Assembly: GCF_000315625.1 (NCBI RefSeq)
Contig: NW_005434620.1
Span: forward strand, 431,156 to 486,162
Direction: 5' to 3'
DNA length: 55,007 nucleotides
Origin: Guillardia theta CCMP2712
Lineage: Eukaryota; Protista; Cryptophyta
In this document: positions 21,401-33,320 of the stretch, in pieces
Numbering within the stretch: the first letter of the stretch is position 1
How the letters are laid out: the number at the start of each line of letters is the position of its first letter
The notes under the pieces: generated by a model
What the model saw: only the letters and a program-made list of their open reading frames with translations
The model's database searches: none
Told to the model about the DNA's origin: nothing
Translations under genes and position numbers: made by a program

Positions 21401-24400
21401 AGCTCTCTGAGGTTGGTGAACTTGGAGATGCTACCAGGAAGGAAGGTGACCTGGTTGTATCGGAGGTAGAGGACCTCCAGGTTGGTCAGCTGAAACAATG
21501 CAGCGATCTTCTTCGACCGGTTCTTTGACTTGAGGCTCAACATGACCTGTCCACGCACCTTGGCATCGATGACACTTCTAAGTTTTGACTTGCCGTCCGC
21601 GTTCTGATCGCCAGCTCTTTGAGTGATTCTGACGGTATCGGTCAAAGTCTCAGACATGTCGTCGATGTTACGATAGAGAGAAGCGATCTTGTTCCTCGAC
21701 ATGTCGAGGTAACGGATGTGCGGAGTGAATGTCAGGATCTCGGGTACTGACCCGAACTCGTTCCCCGCTATGTCGAGGTGTGTCAGGGATACCATCTCCT
21801 TGGAAGAAGGTGGCAAACTTGACAGCTGGTTGTCTTTCACGATGAAGGTCTCCAACGAGCTGAGAATCCCGATGTCTCGAGGAACTGCCGTCAGGTGGTT
21901 GTTGGACAAGTCGATGGCCCGCAGGCCCCCGCACAACCTGTTGAGCGTGCGGAGGGGAGCAGAGACTTTGCCGAGATTCAACGAGCTGAGGTCCAGCTGC
22001 TGGGAAGAGGCTGCGAAGTACTGCCGATAGAGGTAGTCCAGCAAGGGAGCGGTTCCTCGTACCACGATGGCGTCGGGCGGGTCTTCCAAGTGGAGGAACT
22101 TGTCGCACCTGATGTCCTCCAAGGAAGTCTTGAGGGCTCCAATGGAGAGCGGGATGTGCTCTAGAGGGTTCTTGTCCACGTCAAGAGTCTTGAGGTAGAG
22201 TCGATCGAAGACGTCGGGGATGCTTCTGATCTGGTTGCCTTGCACCGACAGCTCTCTCAGGTTGGTCATCTTGGCGATCTCCACAGGGAGCTCGGTAGCA
22301 GCGTTCTTGGCGAAGTTGAGCACGACTAACTGAGGAATGTCAGTGAGAACAGTGTCAAACGAGGTCAGGTGGTTGGAGGAGACGTCAAGTATTTTCAAGT
22401 TGTTGAGTAGACTCATGGTGTAAGGAATGCTGTCGATCTGATTATGAGCAACTCGCAGCTCTTTCAAGAGCTTCAGCCTGGAGATTTTTCGTGGGATCCT
22501 GTCGATTCGGTTCTTCTCCACAGACAGGAAGGTCAAGTTGGTGAGGGAATAGAACAAGAACGAGGAAAGCTCCTCTAGAAAGTTGTTCTCCACGCTCAAG
22601 TGCACAAGGCTGTTGGCAAACTCCAGCTGCTCTGGTAACGTATGAAACCTGTTGCTCGAGAGGTTGAGGGTGCCGATGTCTTGCAGGTCTGCCTCATAGG
22701 GCAGCTCTCGGAAGTCCATGGAGCTCAGGTCAAGTTTGCCGTTGACTTGCGCTTCATGGAAGATCCGCAGGTAGGTCTTGACGTACTCGATGTTCTCTAG
22801 CGCTATCCTCCTCAGAGGCATGTGCAGCGGATTGTTCGCTACCGACAGACGCTCGAGTGCGTCCATTGTGAACATTTTGTTGGGCAAAGTCGTCAACTGA
22901 TTTCCATCCAGGGCCAGAACTTTCAAACTTCGCAATGACACGATGCCCTCAATCCTGGTGATCTTGTTCTCTTGCAAGAACAGTCCTTCGATGGCGGTCA
23001 GAGCCAGGAGAGGCCGGGGAAGCTGGACGAGGTGGTTCCGCTGCATGTGAAGGTAGCGCAGAGAGCAAAGTCGGGTGAAGTCAGCTGGGAGGTCCGAGAT
23101 GAAGTTTGAGTTCAGGACGAGAGTCTCGATCACTTCCGGCACGTTCAAGTCCAGGCTGAAAGAAGGCATTCCTATGCCAGACCAGTCCAGCGTGAAGACT
23201 CGATGCGATGGAGATTGCCTTAGAAACGTTTCTATCAAGTTGTAGAATGTCTCTTTCGTCATGACTTCATCATGCCAATTTTCCTGCACGTATGACTTCA
23301 ACTCGTGTTTGTTCAAGCCTTCCACAGAAATTGTTTTCAGGCCATCAAAGAACTCTTTGGTGTTAATCTTTCCACTTCCATCATCGTCTAGCTTCGAATA
23401 CATTTCGTCCAGGTTCTCAAACCACAGCTTCCGCTTCACGTTGACATATCTCAGAAACGACTGCGTGCTCAAACCTGCTAGAGCTTGCGGAGGCGAGCTC
23501 AAAGGGTTGTCTCGAACATCGAGATGTGTCAGATGCGTCAAGCTTCCCAGCCCTAGAGGGATTCGCTCGATCAAGTTGCTTGAGAGGATCAAAGATTCCA
23601 GGTTCGTCATCTCGGATATTCGATTCACGTCCTGCAATCTTAAAGAAGCTCAACGACTGACCATTGCCGACATCATGACCTCACCTGTTTCGCTGCAGGT
23701 CCAAAACTGTGAGAAAATGCATCTCAAGAACAAAATCTGCACGTACAATCAAACGGTGAAGGAGGGGAGAGTTTTGCCCCTCTTACCTGGTAACGATTGA
23801 AACGTGACATCATGAAGTGTAAGAGCGCAATCCTCTTCCGCCATGTGAACTGCCTCTAGAACTTTGAAGACGGTCTTGTAACCACCAGACATAAGATCTG
23901 CTGGTAGATTCAACGGGTTCGCAACAATGTTCAATTTGGTGATCTTTTGACATCTGTATAGCACTGACGGTAATCTGCGAAGGTTGTTGTGGGATACGTC
24001 GATGGTTCTCAAGCTCCCACAATTTTCTATCTGTGATGGGATTTCTTTCAGCTTGTTCTCTTCAAGGGAGATCACTTGGAGGTTCGTCAGATTCCCTATG
24101 GACGGAGGCAACGCGATCAGACGGTTCTTTCCGAGCTTGAGAGATTGGAGGGCTGTAAGCAGCCCGACCTCAGCAGGGAGTTCTTTGATCTCATTCTTGG
24201 TGGCTGAGATGTTTGACAGGATGAAGATATCACAAATCAAACCAGGAAAGACTGTGAGCTTCATCTCGTTGAGAACTAAGTTTCCCGTCTTCCTGCTCGT
24301 CTCGATCTTGGTCAGAGCTTGCTTGCTCGTCCGTGGGAGGCTCCTGAGTTCCTCGCTGCGGATGCTGCGGAATCGTTCAAGGATGCTCTTTGCAACATTT

Positions 24401-24633
24401 TCACCACATCGGAACAACTTCATGATGGTTGCATGCTCCACGTTGATGAAGCGCGCTCCTCGGATCTCTTGCTCCCGGCATTTCTCGGCTATCTCAGGGT
24501 AGCCGAGTCTCTCGATCACCTCAGCCGCTTCCACGTGGCTCCAGCTGTAGAGTCGAGGATTCTCCTGCCCCTGAGGCTGCCCGAGGAGCAAGGAGGTCCC
24601 TGACGAGGAGGAGCTCGTGGGCTGAAGACTCAT
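18446..24633 (-). CDS. Giant leucine-rich repeat protein (about 1,900-2,000 aa) with N-terminal SAM-like domain and EF-hand
   Basis: ORFs 23749-24633, 21070-23637, 20273-21070 and 18446-20230 joined by short introns; dozens of LxxLxLxxNxLxxLP repeats; WSHVEAAEVIERLGYPEIAEKCREQEIRGARF (SAM-like); DDDGSGKINTKEF (EF-hand). Confidence 0.92.
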
Positions 24634-24839
24634 GGGCTACTCTCACGCTGATGGCACCGCGATCTGAATCCACGGAGCATGCAAGCTTGGATTCCACCTG
24701 CCTCGCAGCGAACATGGTCGTCGCTCCAGGTCGACATGGGAAGTTTTGGGAAGATGCAGCAACAAGCGTCTCCTCCTCCTACCACTTCATCCGTTTGACT
24801 TTGCCATGCCGGTCGCTAGGTAACTGTAGTAACGGAAGC

Positions 24840-25150
24840 AGGATGGGTAGGGGTGGTCAAGTGAGGGGTTCATAATCAGAAACAAGGGGTGGTGAAGCTA
24901 AAGGATCGAAGGTTGTTATTGATTTACATGATAGAGGAAGGATCCCTTGTATCAAAGACTCCAATTAAAAGGGAATGAAGCATGTGGGGCAGTAGGGAAT
25001 GGGATGCGGATGAGAGGGTTGGGACAACGGGTCCATGTTATATTACAAGGGGTGGGGTATACAGCAAAGGGGTGGGTAGGGTGGGGTCGTCCGTTGATAT
25101 CCACAATGGAGAACTGGGAATATGTGATGGGAGAGAAGATGGAATAAGAG
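24840..25150. promoter_or_regulatory. Divergent-promoter GGGT(A/G) motif island
   Basis: gggtaggggtgg, ggggtggggta and ggtgggtagggtggggtc between the head-to-head LRR and PQQ genes. Confidence 0.5.
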
Positions 25151-25276
25151 GGTAAAACATTGAAAGACAAGTCGACAGCAACACAAAAAAACTTTGAGCA
25201 GCTCTTTGATCAAGTCTTGCTCTTGAGATCTGCACTCAAAAGACACTTGTTGAATGTAGACAGACTTTATGCAATC

Positions 25277-28200
25277 ATGATTTCCATGCAGCGAAAAATC
25301 TACTCTCTTATCATCACTCTGCTTCTTCTAGACACTGTTGTAGCTCCTGGTGAACAAATATGTAACTTTCCGGAGACCGGCACCTTGCAGGAAGGAGATG
25401 CATCCTTTCCCTACACTACAATCAGGTTTGACTTCCAGTTGGGCTACATTTCTTGTAACGAAACGATTTGTAGGCTAGCACCAACAGCATCGAGAGAAGA
25501 CTCGTACTACGTGGGATCAAAGATATCAATCACCCAAGGGACGGGAGCTGGTGCATCATCCGTCATCTCCGCTTATTGCGGATGGTCGCATGCATCCTGC
25601 GAGGGGGTTGACAACGCTGGTGATTTTCAGAGCGTAGCATTTTCTATGTACAAGGACAGCAGCAGCAAGAATGTCGCATCTTCCTTGGTTATCAAACTCC
25701 CAGCAATCGATCGAGGGGGACGAAGGACACCAAACTCCGGACAGATCACGTGTTCTTCACAATACAAGACGCCATACATGACGACGTATAGCGGTTCTGA
25801 TTGCTTCGGCCCTTACGCTGGGATGAACGTCTTCATCTCCTCGGGAACTGGTGCTGGACAGGTGGGACTTGTGCGGGCAGGTCCCAACTCCAACTATGAG
25901 ATCCTCGTCACCGGGCTGTTCGGATGGTGTCAGAACGGAAGTGACGCTCTCGCCTGTCAGACCAATTGGCATGATCCACGTCTCGAGCCCAACTGTAAGG
26001 TACGTTGACGTCACCTGTCACTGTTGCTGGGCTTCTTGTCATGCTAACACCATGTTACGTGATTGCTCTGAACTTTTTTTTCAGGCAAACAATGGAGCGA
26101 GGTGCATACTGGATGCTGATTGTACTGGTGGAGGAAACTGCCATGTGCCTGTTGACACTACGTCCACGTATACGATAGCCATGTCGACAGTTCCCACCAC
26201 TTGCGTTCCACTGTGCGATGGAGTAGCATCGTTCACAGCTACAGTTGACTTCAAAGTTGCCACAGCTACAGACAGTGTATACCAGATCGAACGAGGATGC
26301 TACCATGAGAGGTATGGAGCAGGAATGAGAAAATTGGGAGCAACAGGAAGTGGCTCTGGGCAGCAGAGTGTTATGCTGGAGTATAAAGCCGTCATCCCTG
26401 GAGGAGAGGTCACTGCATCGCCAGTCCTGTGCAGCGACGGCTCTGTAGTGGTCGCCTCGATGAGGGGATTCCTGACTAAGGTAGGACGTGTAGACCGACC
26501 GTTCGGCCTTGGTGACTTGACTCTTGTTGACAGTTCTCTCCTAGCGGCCAGATAAGCTGGAGCATCTTTGTTGGCCCTGTGGCCGGAAGCCCTTGCGTTG
26601 GCGAGGACGACACCATCTACTTTGGAAGCAATGACAGAAACGTGTGGGCAGTGAACGCGTTCGGGGTCGTGAAATGGAAGTACCTTACCCCACTTCCTTT
26701 GCACTCAACTCCTTTGGCTACTCAAAATGCTGTCTTCATCGGAGATCGCACAGGAATGCTTTACAAGGTAAACTCACACAGTCCGATGGCTGCTGATCAT
26801 GTTCTGTAGTTCAATCTGGACGGGACCTTGGGTTGGCAGTTCATGACTGGAGGTGAAATTCTCGGCAGCCCTGCGATAGTTCGGGGGGAGCGTGTCTTGA
26901 TTGGATCTCTGGATACCTTTCTGTACTGCGTCAACATCTCCACTGGGAATCTCGTTTGGAAGGCTTCAAATGGGCAGCAAATATCCGGAACTCCGCTGGT
27001 GCTGGTCAGTTGATATGGTAGAGATCGTCCCTTTCTTACTTGCTTGACTCAGGATACTTCAATTGCCTATGGCACGCGAGAGGGGGAATTACAGAAGGGA
27101 GAGATAGTTTATTGACGATGAATGGCGAAACCATCTGGAATTATTCAACATCCTCCAGTATCGTATCCAAACCTGCTCGAGGTGACTTTAGCGTGATGTA
27201 CTTCTCGTCCGTGGATGGAAAAGTGTTGTCCCTTCAGGTGAACGACAGCACGCAACAATGCCGTGAAGTTCTCTGAACTCTCAACTTCCGCAGATCGACG
27301 GCAACTTGCGATGGCGATATGTGACGGGAGGAACCGGAGGAACCTGCAGGGTCACCAATCGACCTGTAGAGTATCTGCAAGTGAGCGTTGGAGATGAAAA
27401 CCCGAGCAACGGAATCTCAATCACCCTGGGCTCTGATGCGAGTACAACCAGCCATCACTACGATGGTTACAGGTGTAACGTCTTGTGCCATGTCGCTCTT
27501 CTCACCTCAACTCCAGGGCGACTTTTACCATCGAGAGCGGAACCCTCCTCAAGGGGTTGAACCTCGCCGTGCGGGACGTGGTGACGGCCTACTCCCCGAT
27601 CGTCTCGCAGCATGACAGCGTCTTCTACGACTCGTCGAACCAGAACTCAGCCATCGTCCTGCAGTTCACCGCCAGAGATCGCATCATCGCCGGCGAACAG
27701 ATTTCGATTCGTTTGCCAGGCCTGACCCGGAGCAGCGGGGACGTACCAGTCATCTACCCCCCGTACGTGCCTGCTGTCGGCAACAACCTTCTCAGCTCGC
27801 GCGGAGTTCTGGTGGGAGGCAGCCGTACCTCCATCACCTTCGGCGACGTGAGCGCAAACTTCTGCGGCCTCTACTCGGCCTGCCTGGGAGCGAAGGTTGA
27901 GTTTCTGTCGGGCCCCGGGGCAGGGCAAACTGCGGTGATAGTAGGATACGACAACTCAACACTGACCGCGAACATCACCTTTGTGGAGATTCCGCCCGAC
28001 TACACCACCAGCTACTCCGTCACCACGAGCAGCAGCGCCAAGTTCAACGGAACCTGGAACTCCTCCTCCGAAACGCTCACCCTCCAGGTCAAGTACTTGT
28101 TGGGAACAGCCAACTGCGCGTCAGGATGTTCTCTCAACCGAATTGTTCTGGACGCTTCATCAGCTGGACAAGCGGGGGAGTACTCGGGGTACACCATCGA

Positions 28201-29744
28201 GGTGTACGCAGGAACAGGAGCAGGACAGTCCGTGCCCTGCTACACTTATGATGCCTCGTCAAATGCGTGCTCGGTCGACGGGTTGAGGACGCCACTGGAT
28301 TCGACATCCAAGTATCGTATCGGACCTTCAATCCAAGACGGAGAGAATGTGCTAGTAGTCATCCCAGCATCGCAAGATTTCGTGTACCCAACCTATTCCG
28401 GTCTCATCCAAGGATACACCACCAATAAGGTTGTGATCGCGACGACTTCCAGCAGTCAAGATGACTTCTATGCCGACATGAGTCTTGAAGTGCGTTTCAA
28501 GGACGTCGGTTACCTTGCAGCCGCTGTGACAGACGCTGAGTCATACGTGCTAACGCTCAATCAGTCAGCCAGTTCTCTGCGCATTTTTGTGTCATCATAT
28601 CTCAAGATAGACTCTGAAGTCATGTTGGTGGATCTAGTTAATGGCACTCAAGTGTGGGTATCGAGGGCGCAGCTCGACACGTACACTGGACAGCACGCAC
28701 AGGGATCGATGGTTGAGGTGTTTGACTACCGACTGATTTCCTCCTACACTGCCGCAACCCAAACCCTCACCATCGCAACTACTCCACCGGTCTCTTACCA
28801 GAGCCAGGACTACTACAGAATACGAGGAGAGAACGGCTACTTCACCTTCAGTGGGATGGTGAACACCGACTTCAACAGCCTTCCTCGTCCCTACTCTCAA
28901 GTTCTCCCCGTCGTCGATCGTCCTGGCTCAGTGCAGCTTGCCAACGTTAGCATCTCTCGCAACGCCAGTGACTACGTGGGGGCGATCTTCGTCATCACGT
29001 CAGGGCCCGGGCAGGGCGTGCAGGTGCCCATCACTGAGTTCGACACGCAGACAGGATGGATCTCTCTTTCCATCGACCGGAGCCTCTGCGCTGAAACCGT
29101 CGTCTGCTCGCCCAAGGGAAGCGAGGACGCTGGTTACAGCGGCTACACCGCCATGACCGTCTCTCACTACGAAATCATCTCCATCGGCGATGTTGCCTCC
29201 TACACCTCAGAGCGGGTCGCCGCCATCCTCGGCATCTCGACAACCGTCCCGTCTCAGTCTCAGTTCTGCAAGACCTACGACGACCCTTCTCTTCGCCGCG
29301 TCTGCGTCGAGTACGCCTTGGGTCCCACTCCTGCTCTCCTGGAGTGGGTGGCAGGGTCATGGTGCGGTGCTGGCGACCACACGACGGTCGGAGCGACTTC
29401 GCCTTGCTATGTTGACGGGCTGATCGTGACGACGTCGTCCAACAAGTTCATCTATGGCCTCAACGATGAGGGGATAGTTCAGTTCAAGTTCCCCACTGGG
29501 AAGCGAATCCAGTCGCCTCCTCTGTGAGCTAGCGCTCCCTGCTCGCCCGAACCTGATCATGACACATGCGCAGGTGCATCCTGAACCCCGACAGAAGCAT
29601 CTCGATCTATGCAGCCTCCTTCGACCAGCACCTCTACAAGCTCTACGTTCCTGCTGGGAGGCAGCTGCAGGGGAGCAGGTGAGGGAGGAGGGAGGAGGAG
29701 GATCAACGAGTGACGGCTGCATGGACAGGTGGTTCTCAAAGTAA
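25277..29744 (+). CDS. Secreted protein: PQQ-like (BamB-type) beta-propeller plus nested GTGAGQ repeats and a phage-structural-like domain
   Basis: Signal peptide MQRKIYSLIITLLLLDTVVA; propeller blades (SPCVGEDDTIYFGSNDRNVWAVNAFGVVKWKY, GWQFMTGGEILGSPAI, FKFPTGKRIQSPPL); repeated YxGxxIxIxxG(T/P)GAGQ...PDxTSxYxI units; stop TAA 29742-29744. Confidence 0.8.
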
Positions 29745-29759
29745 AACTGCACAAACTTG

Positions 29760-32703
29760 AGAGAAGAGTCCGTTACAACGCCATTATCCATTCCGGCAAA
29801 GATGCCACAGCTGGGGGCTTGCTGGGGCTCCGCTGGGACAGGATTTGTCAGCAACCCAGCGCAGCAGCGCTGAACTTACCCTCGAAGAGAAGAGAACGAC
29901 AACTTCTAAGAACGATCCAGCCGCAAAGAGCAGCAGAAGCTGCAGGCTGACAGTGATGGCGATTTTACTCCCGTTGGGAGACGGCGAGCTCCCTGACCAT
30001 GCCATGCACATGGCGATCGCGCTCGTGCTCGTTGCCTGCCGTGAACTTAAACTCCCTGCACGTCAAAGAATGTCTGTTCCTCACCCATAGCGTCCCGGTC
30101 CCAGCGACAGCCCACTGGGTACCATAGGAAATCAGAGAGGGAGGGGAGGGGAGGGGAGGGAGGAGAAGGGGTGGGATGATGCAACGGAAGGGAGCTGGCT
30201 CAAGTACCGCTCGAACGCGATGCTGCCGCTGCTTCCTCATGCCCCACAGGATCTGAGGAGGCTGTGAGACCAGAGCTCGCAGCTCCTCCTCACTCACCCC
30301 CATCGTCGACCACGTCAAGGCAGCGAGCGAGACGAGAAAAACTGCTGAGATGCCTAGCGCGCTCGTCAGCGCGGCAGGGAGCAGGCGGGCGCGAGTTACC
30401 GACACACACCAAGTCGTCAAGACGCTGCGGCTTCAGCATGTAGCTGAGGGCACGATCAGAGGAGGGCAGGCAAGCGCAGCACAAGTGCACCGGTCAAAGG
30501 CGACATGGGCCGGGGCAGCCATGAACAAGTACCCGCATATGACTGAGGGGGTCAAAGTGAAGAGAGATTTCGTCGCAGGAAGGTCCAACCTGTGACCAGC
30601 ATCGCTCCCTCCGAATTCCAGCTCGCCATGACATGGAAGAAGCTCCTCCCTCCTTCTGCGCCTGAAGCGTCGTCTGGGAGAAGATCTGTGGCACGAGTGA
30701 AGGATGTTGTAGGACAGGAATGGCACTTGTACCTTCGGGATGACTGTAATCTGACGTCAACAAGTTCTTCCCGTATGCTGGTTCGATTGTCAACATCTGA
30801 GATTGTGAACCAGGACGTCCTCTTGTCACCTGATGCAATCCAGATGAAAATGAACAAGACGTCCAAAATCTGCTGGAGGTGTCAGGGAGGTAGTTTCCGA
30901 CTGAGACGTCAAGGGAAGAGCAGGGGAGTCGAAGTTTGACTCACGATCGCGATCCCCAGGATCGAGAGCTCGAGCCAGGCAGAAAACGTCGTCATGATCG
31001 CCTGCACCATCAAGTTTCTCCTGCACCTCCAGCACGCCATCGGCTGACCTGAGAAGATCGCGACCTGTGCGAGGCTCCAGCTGAGTTGGTCAAGATCACC
31101 GCAAACTTGTAGGACTCCATCGGCTCGAGCCCATCGACTACAGCGCCGTAGCCCTGCGCAGCCCCGTCATCGCAACTCGAAGGACGCGCGTCCTCTCGCC
31201 TCATCCAGGAGGTCCGAAGGATCTTCGTGAACGCGGACGATGCGGCCGATGCCATGCTTCGGCGCCTTCGCGCGAGGGTCAGGTCGACTCCCTCCTCCCT
31301 CCTCCTCCCTCCACTCACGTAGGGATCTGGAGCTGCTAACCCATAAACGTGCTCCTCCGTCCAGTCCCAGTGCCATGCCGGTCTCACTAGGACACGCGCC
31401 CCTGCGGGTGATCAGAGCGGCCACGAGGAGGAGGAGGGCACACCGATTATGGGTGACCCTCCCGTGTGGTAGCGAGGGAAAGGCCTCGTCCAGGACAGGC
31501 GGATCGCGTCCTGATCCAGAGAGAAAGAGAAGAAAAGCAAGTGAGAAGAGGAAAGGAGGAAACGTCAGCCACCTGCCCAGACGCGTTGCCGGAGGGAATC
31601 TCGGGGATGTCAGGCTTGGCAACCGGGAGAGAGATTCTCGTGATGAAGGAGGAATCATGGTAGCGCGAGCCGAAGAGCGCTTCATCCTGCCAGCCCACCG
31701 CAGCATAGAGCCAAGTGCATCCCCTGGGGGTCACCAGAGCGGCCACCTCTTTCATGGTCGCCAGGTCGACCTGAATGATGGAAGAAGTATCCTGCTCCCA
31801 CTCGTTGGCGAGCCCAACAAACGCTTGTCCTCTCCACACCACGATAGAGACTGCGCGATCCTCTGCTCGGAAGAACTCGACGGAGCTGACGTGGGTCATG
31901 GATTGCAGGTTCACTTTCACCAGCCTCCCAGGCAGCGTGCTGGTCCCGAAGATTCCATGCTCTTCCCACAGGGCTCCGCAGTAGATCATCTGCTCCTGCT
32001 TTGGCAGAGTGAGAGACGCAGACTTGGTCATGTCAGGGATTGCGAGCTTGATGATCCGAGCAGGCTGAGTGTAGGTGCCCAGGACGATGTGCTTGCCGTC
32101 GGAGTCAGCGAAGACGGCCTGCACGTTGTGCTCCCCTAAGGCCAGGGCGACCTCGAGAGGACGGAACGAGTCGCCATGGAACATCTCCTCTGTCGGGCAG
32201 CGCAGCACAGTCGCTGGCTTCGCACTGGTCACAAAGTAGGCGTGGGGACCCACCACCACACCCCCCCGGATGTCCGACGTCGTTAGCTGCACATACCCCA
32301 CGCGCTCCATGCTCAGCAGGTTCACCTTCACCAGCCTCCCCGGCGGGTTTCCAACACCCACATACGCGAACCAGGAGGATGATCCCTCCTTGAGAGGCTC
32401 CGCCACCAGCGCCCACAGTCGCTCCTCCTCCTTCTTCAGCATGAGCCGGCCAACCTCCAGCATGGGCGAGCCAGCCGCACTAACAAGGTCCTCCTGCTGA
32501 CTCGTCTTGGCGCTCGATCGCAGCCTGACGCGCACAATCATCGCTGGATACCCGTCGACGCCAAACCATGCATCCTGCCCGTTGGTGACAGCACCGAACA
32601 GGCCGCCAGGAGTCTGCTTCAGCTCCAGCTCCCCGAGGTACCTCAAAGACCTGCATCCTTGCAGAGCTAGCAAGAGCAGCACACGGGCGAACCAAAACTT
32701 CAT
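29760..32703 (-). CDS. Signal-peptide beta-propeller-like repeat + FN3-like membrane protein (3' end approximate)
   Basis: MKFWFARVLLLLALQGC signal; blade repeats PGRLVKVNLLSMERVG, PARIIKLAIPDMTKSA, PGRLVKVNLQSMTHVS; FN3-like VVDGLEPMESYKFAVILTNSAG; hydrophobic segments LELSILGIAI|ILDVLFIFIWIA and ALGISAVFLVSLAALTW. Confidence 0.68.
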
Positions 32704-33320
32704 TCTTGGATATGCTATCAGAAAGATTGCCTCATGCCTAGATCACAGCAAGTCAGTCGATGAGCACAAGGATGAGAGCAATTGCAATCCTCGCCCTTGT
32801 CGTAAACGACCTTGGTCTAGGAAGTCTTGCTGCTGTTCTGTATGAATGCTACTTGATCATCAATGATTCAACATGACTGTTCATCGCCTGATCTTTTTCC
32901 CTCCACCTTCTCGTTGCCTCTTTGGATCCTCTTTGACATCTTTTAAGGCCTGACCTGACATGACCTGACCTGTCATCTGCTGTCCTTGACTGAGCTGACC
33001 TGACGATACTAGACCAGACCCTTTCCTCTCCTCTCCCCTTTCCCTTCTTTACCCTTCCTCGCCTCCCCTTGTCTGTTCATCCCTTCCCCATCCTTCCCTC
33101 ACCTTCCCTTCCCTCCCCTCCCCTTCCCTCCCTTCCTCTCTCTCCTTCTCTACACACATCGCTTTCGCAGCACCGCATCGAAAATAACAAATTCCACCAC
33201 CCCCACCCCTCATATTCCCATCCATTGCCGATACCCCTGGCATTCCACCCCCATGTCAACAGTACCCCATTTCATTCTGATTTGTCGAGGGGGTGGGGTA
33301 CTTGAGTTTGGAAGGGCGGA

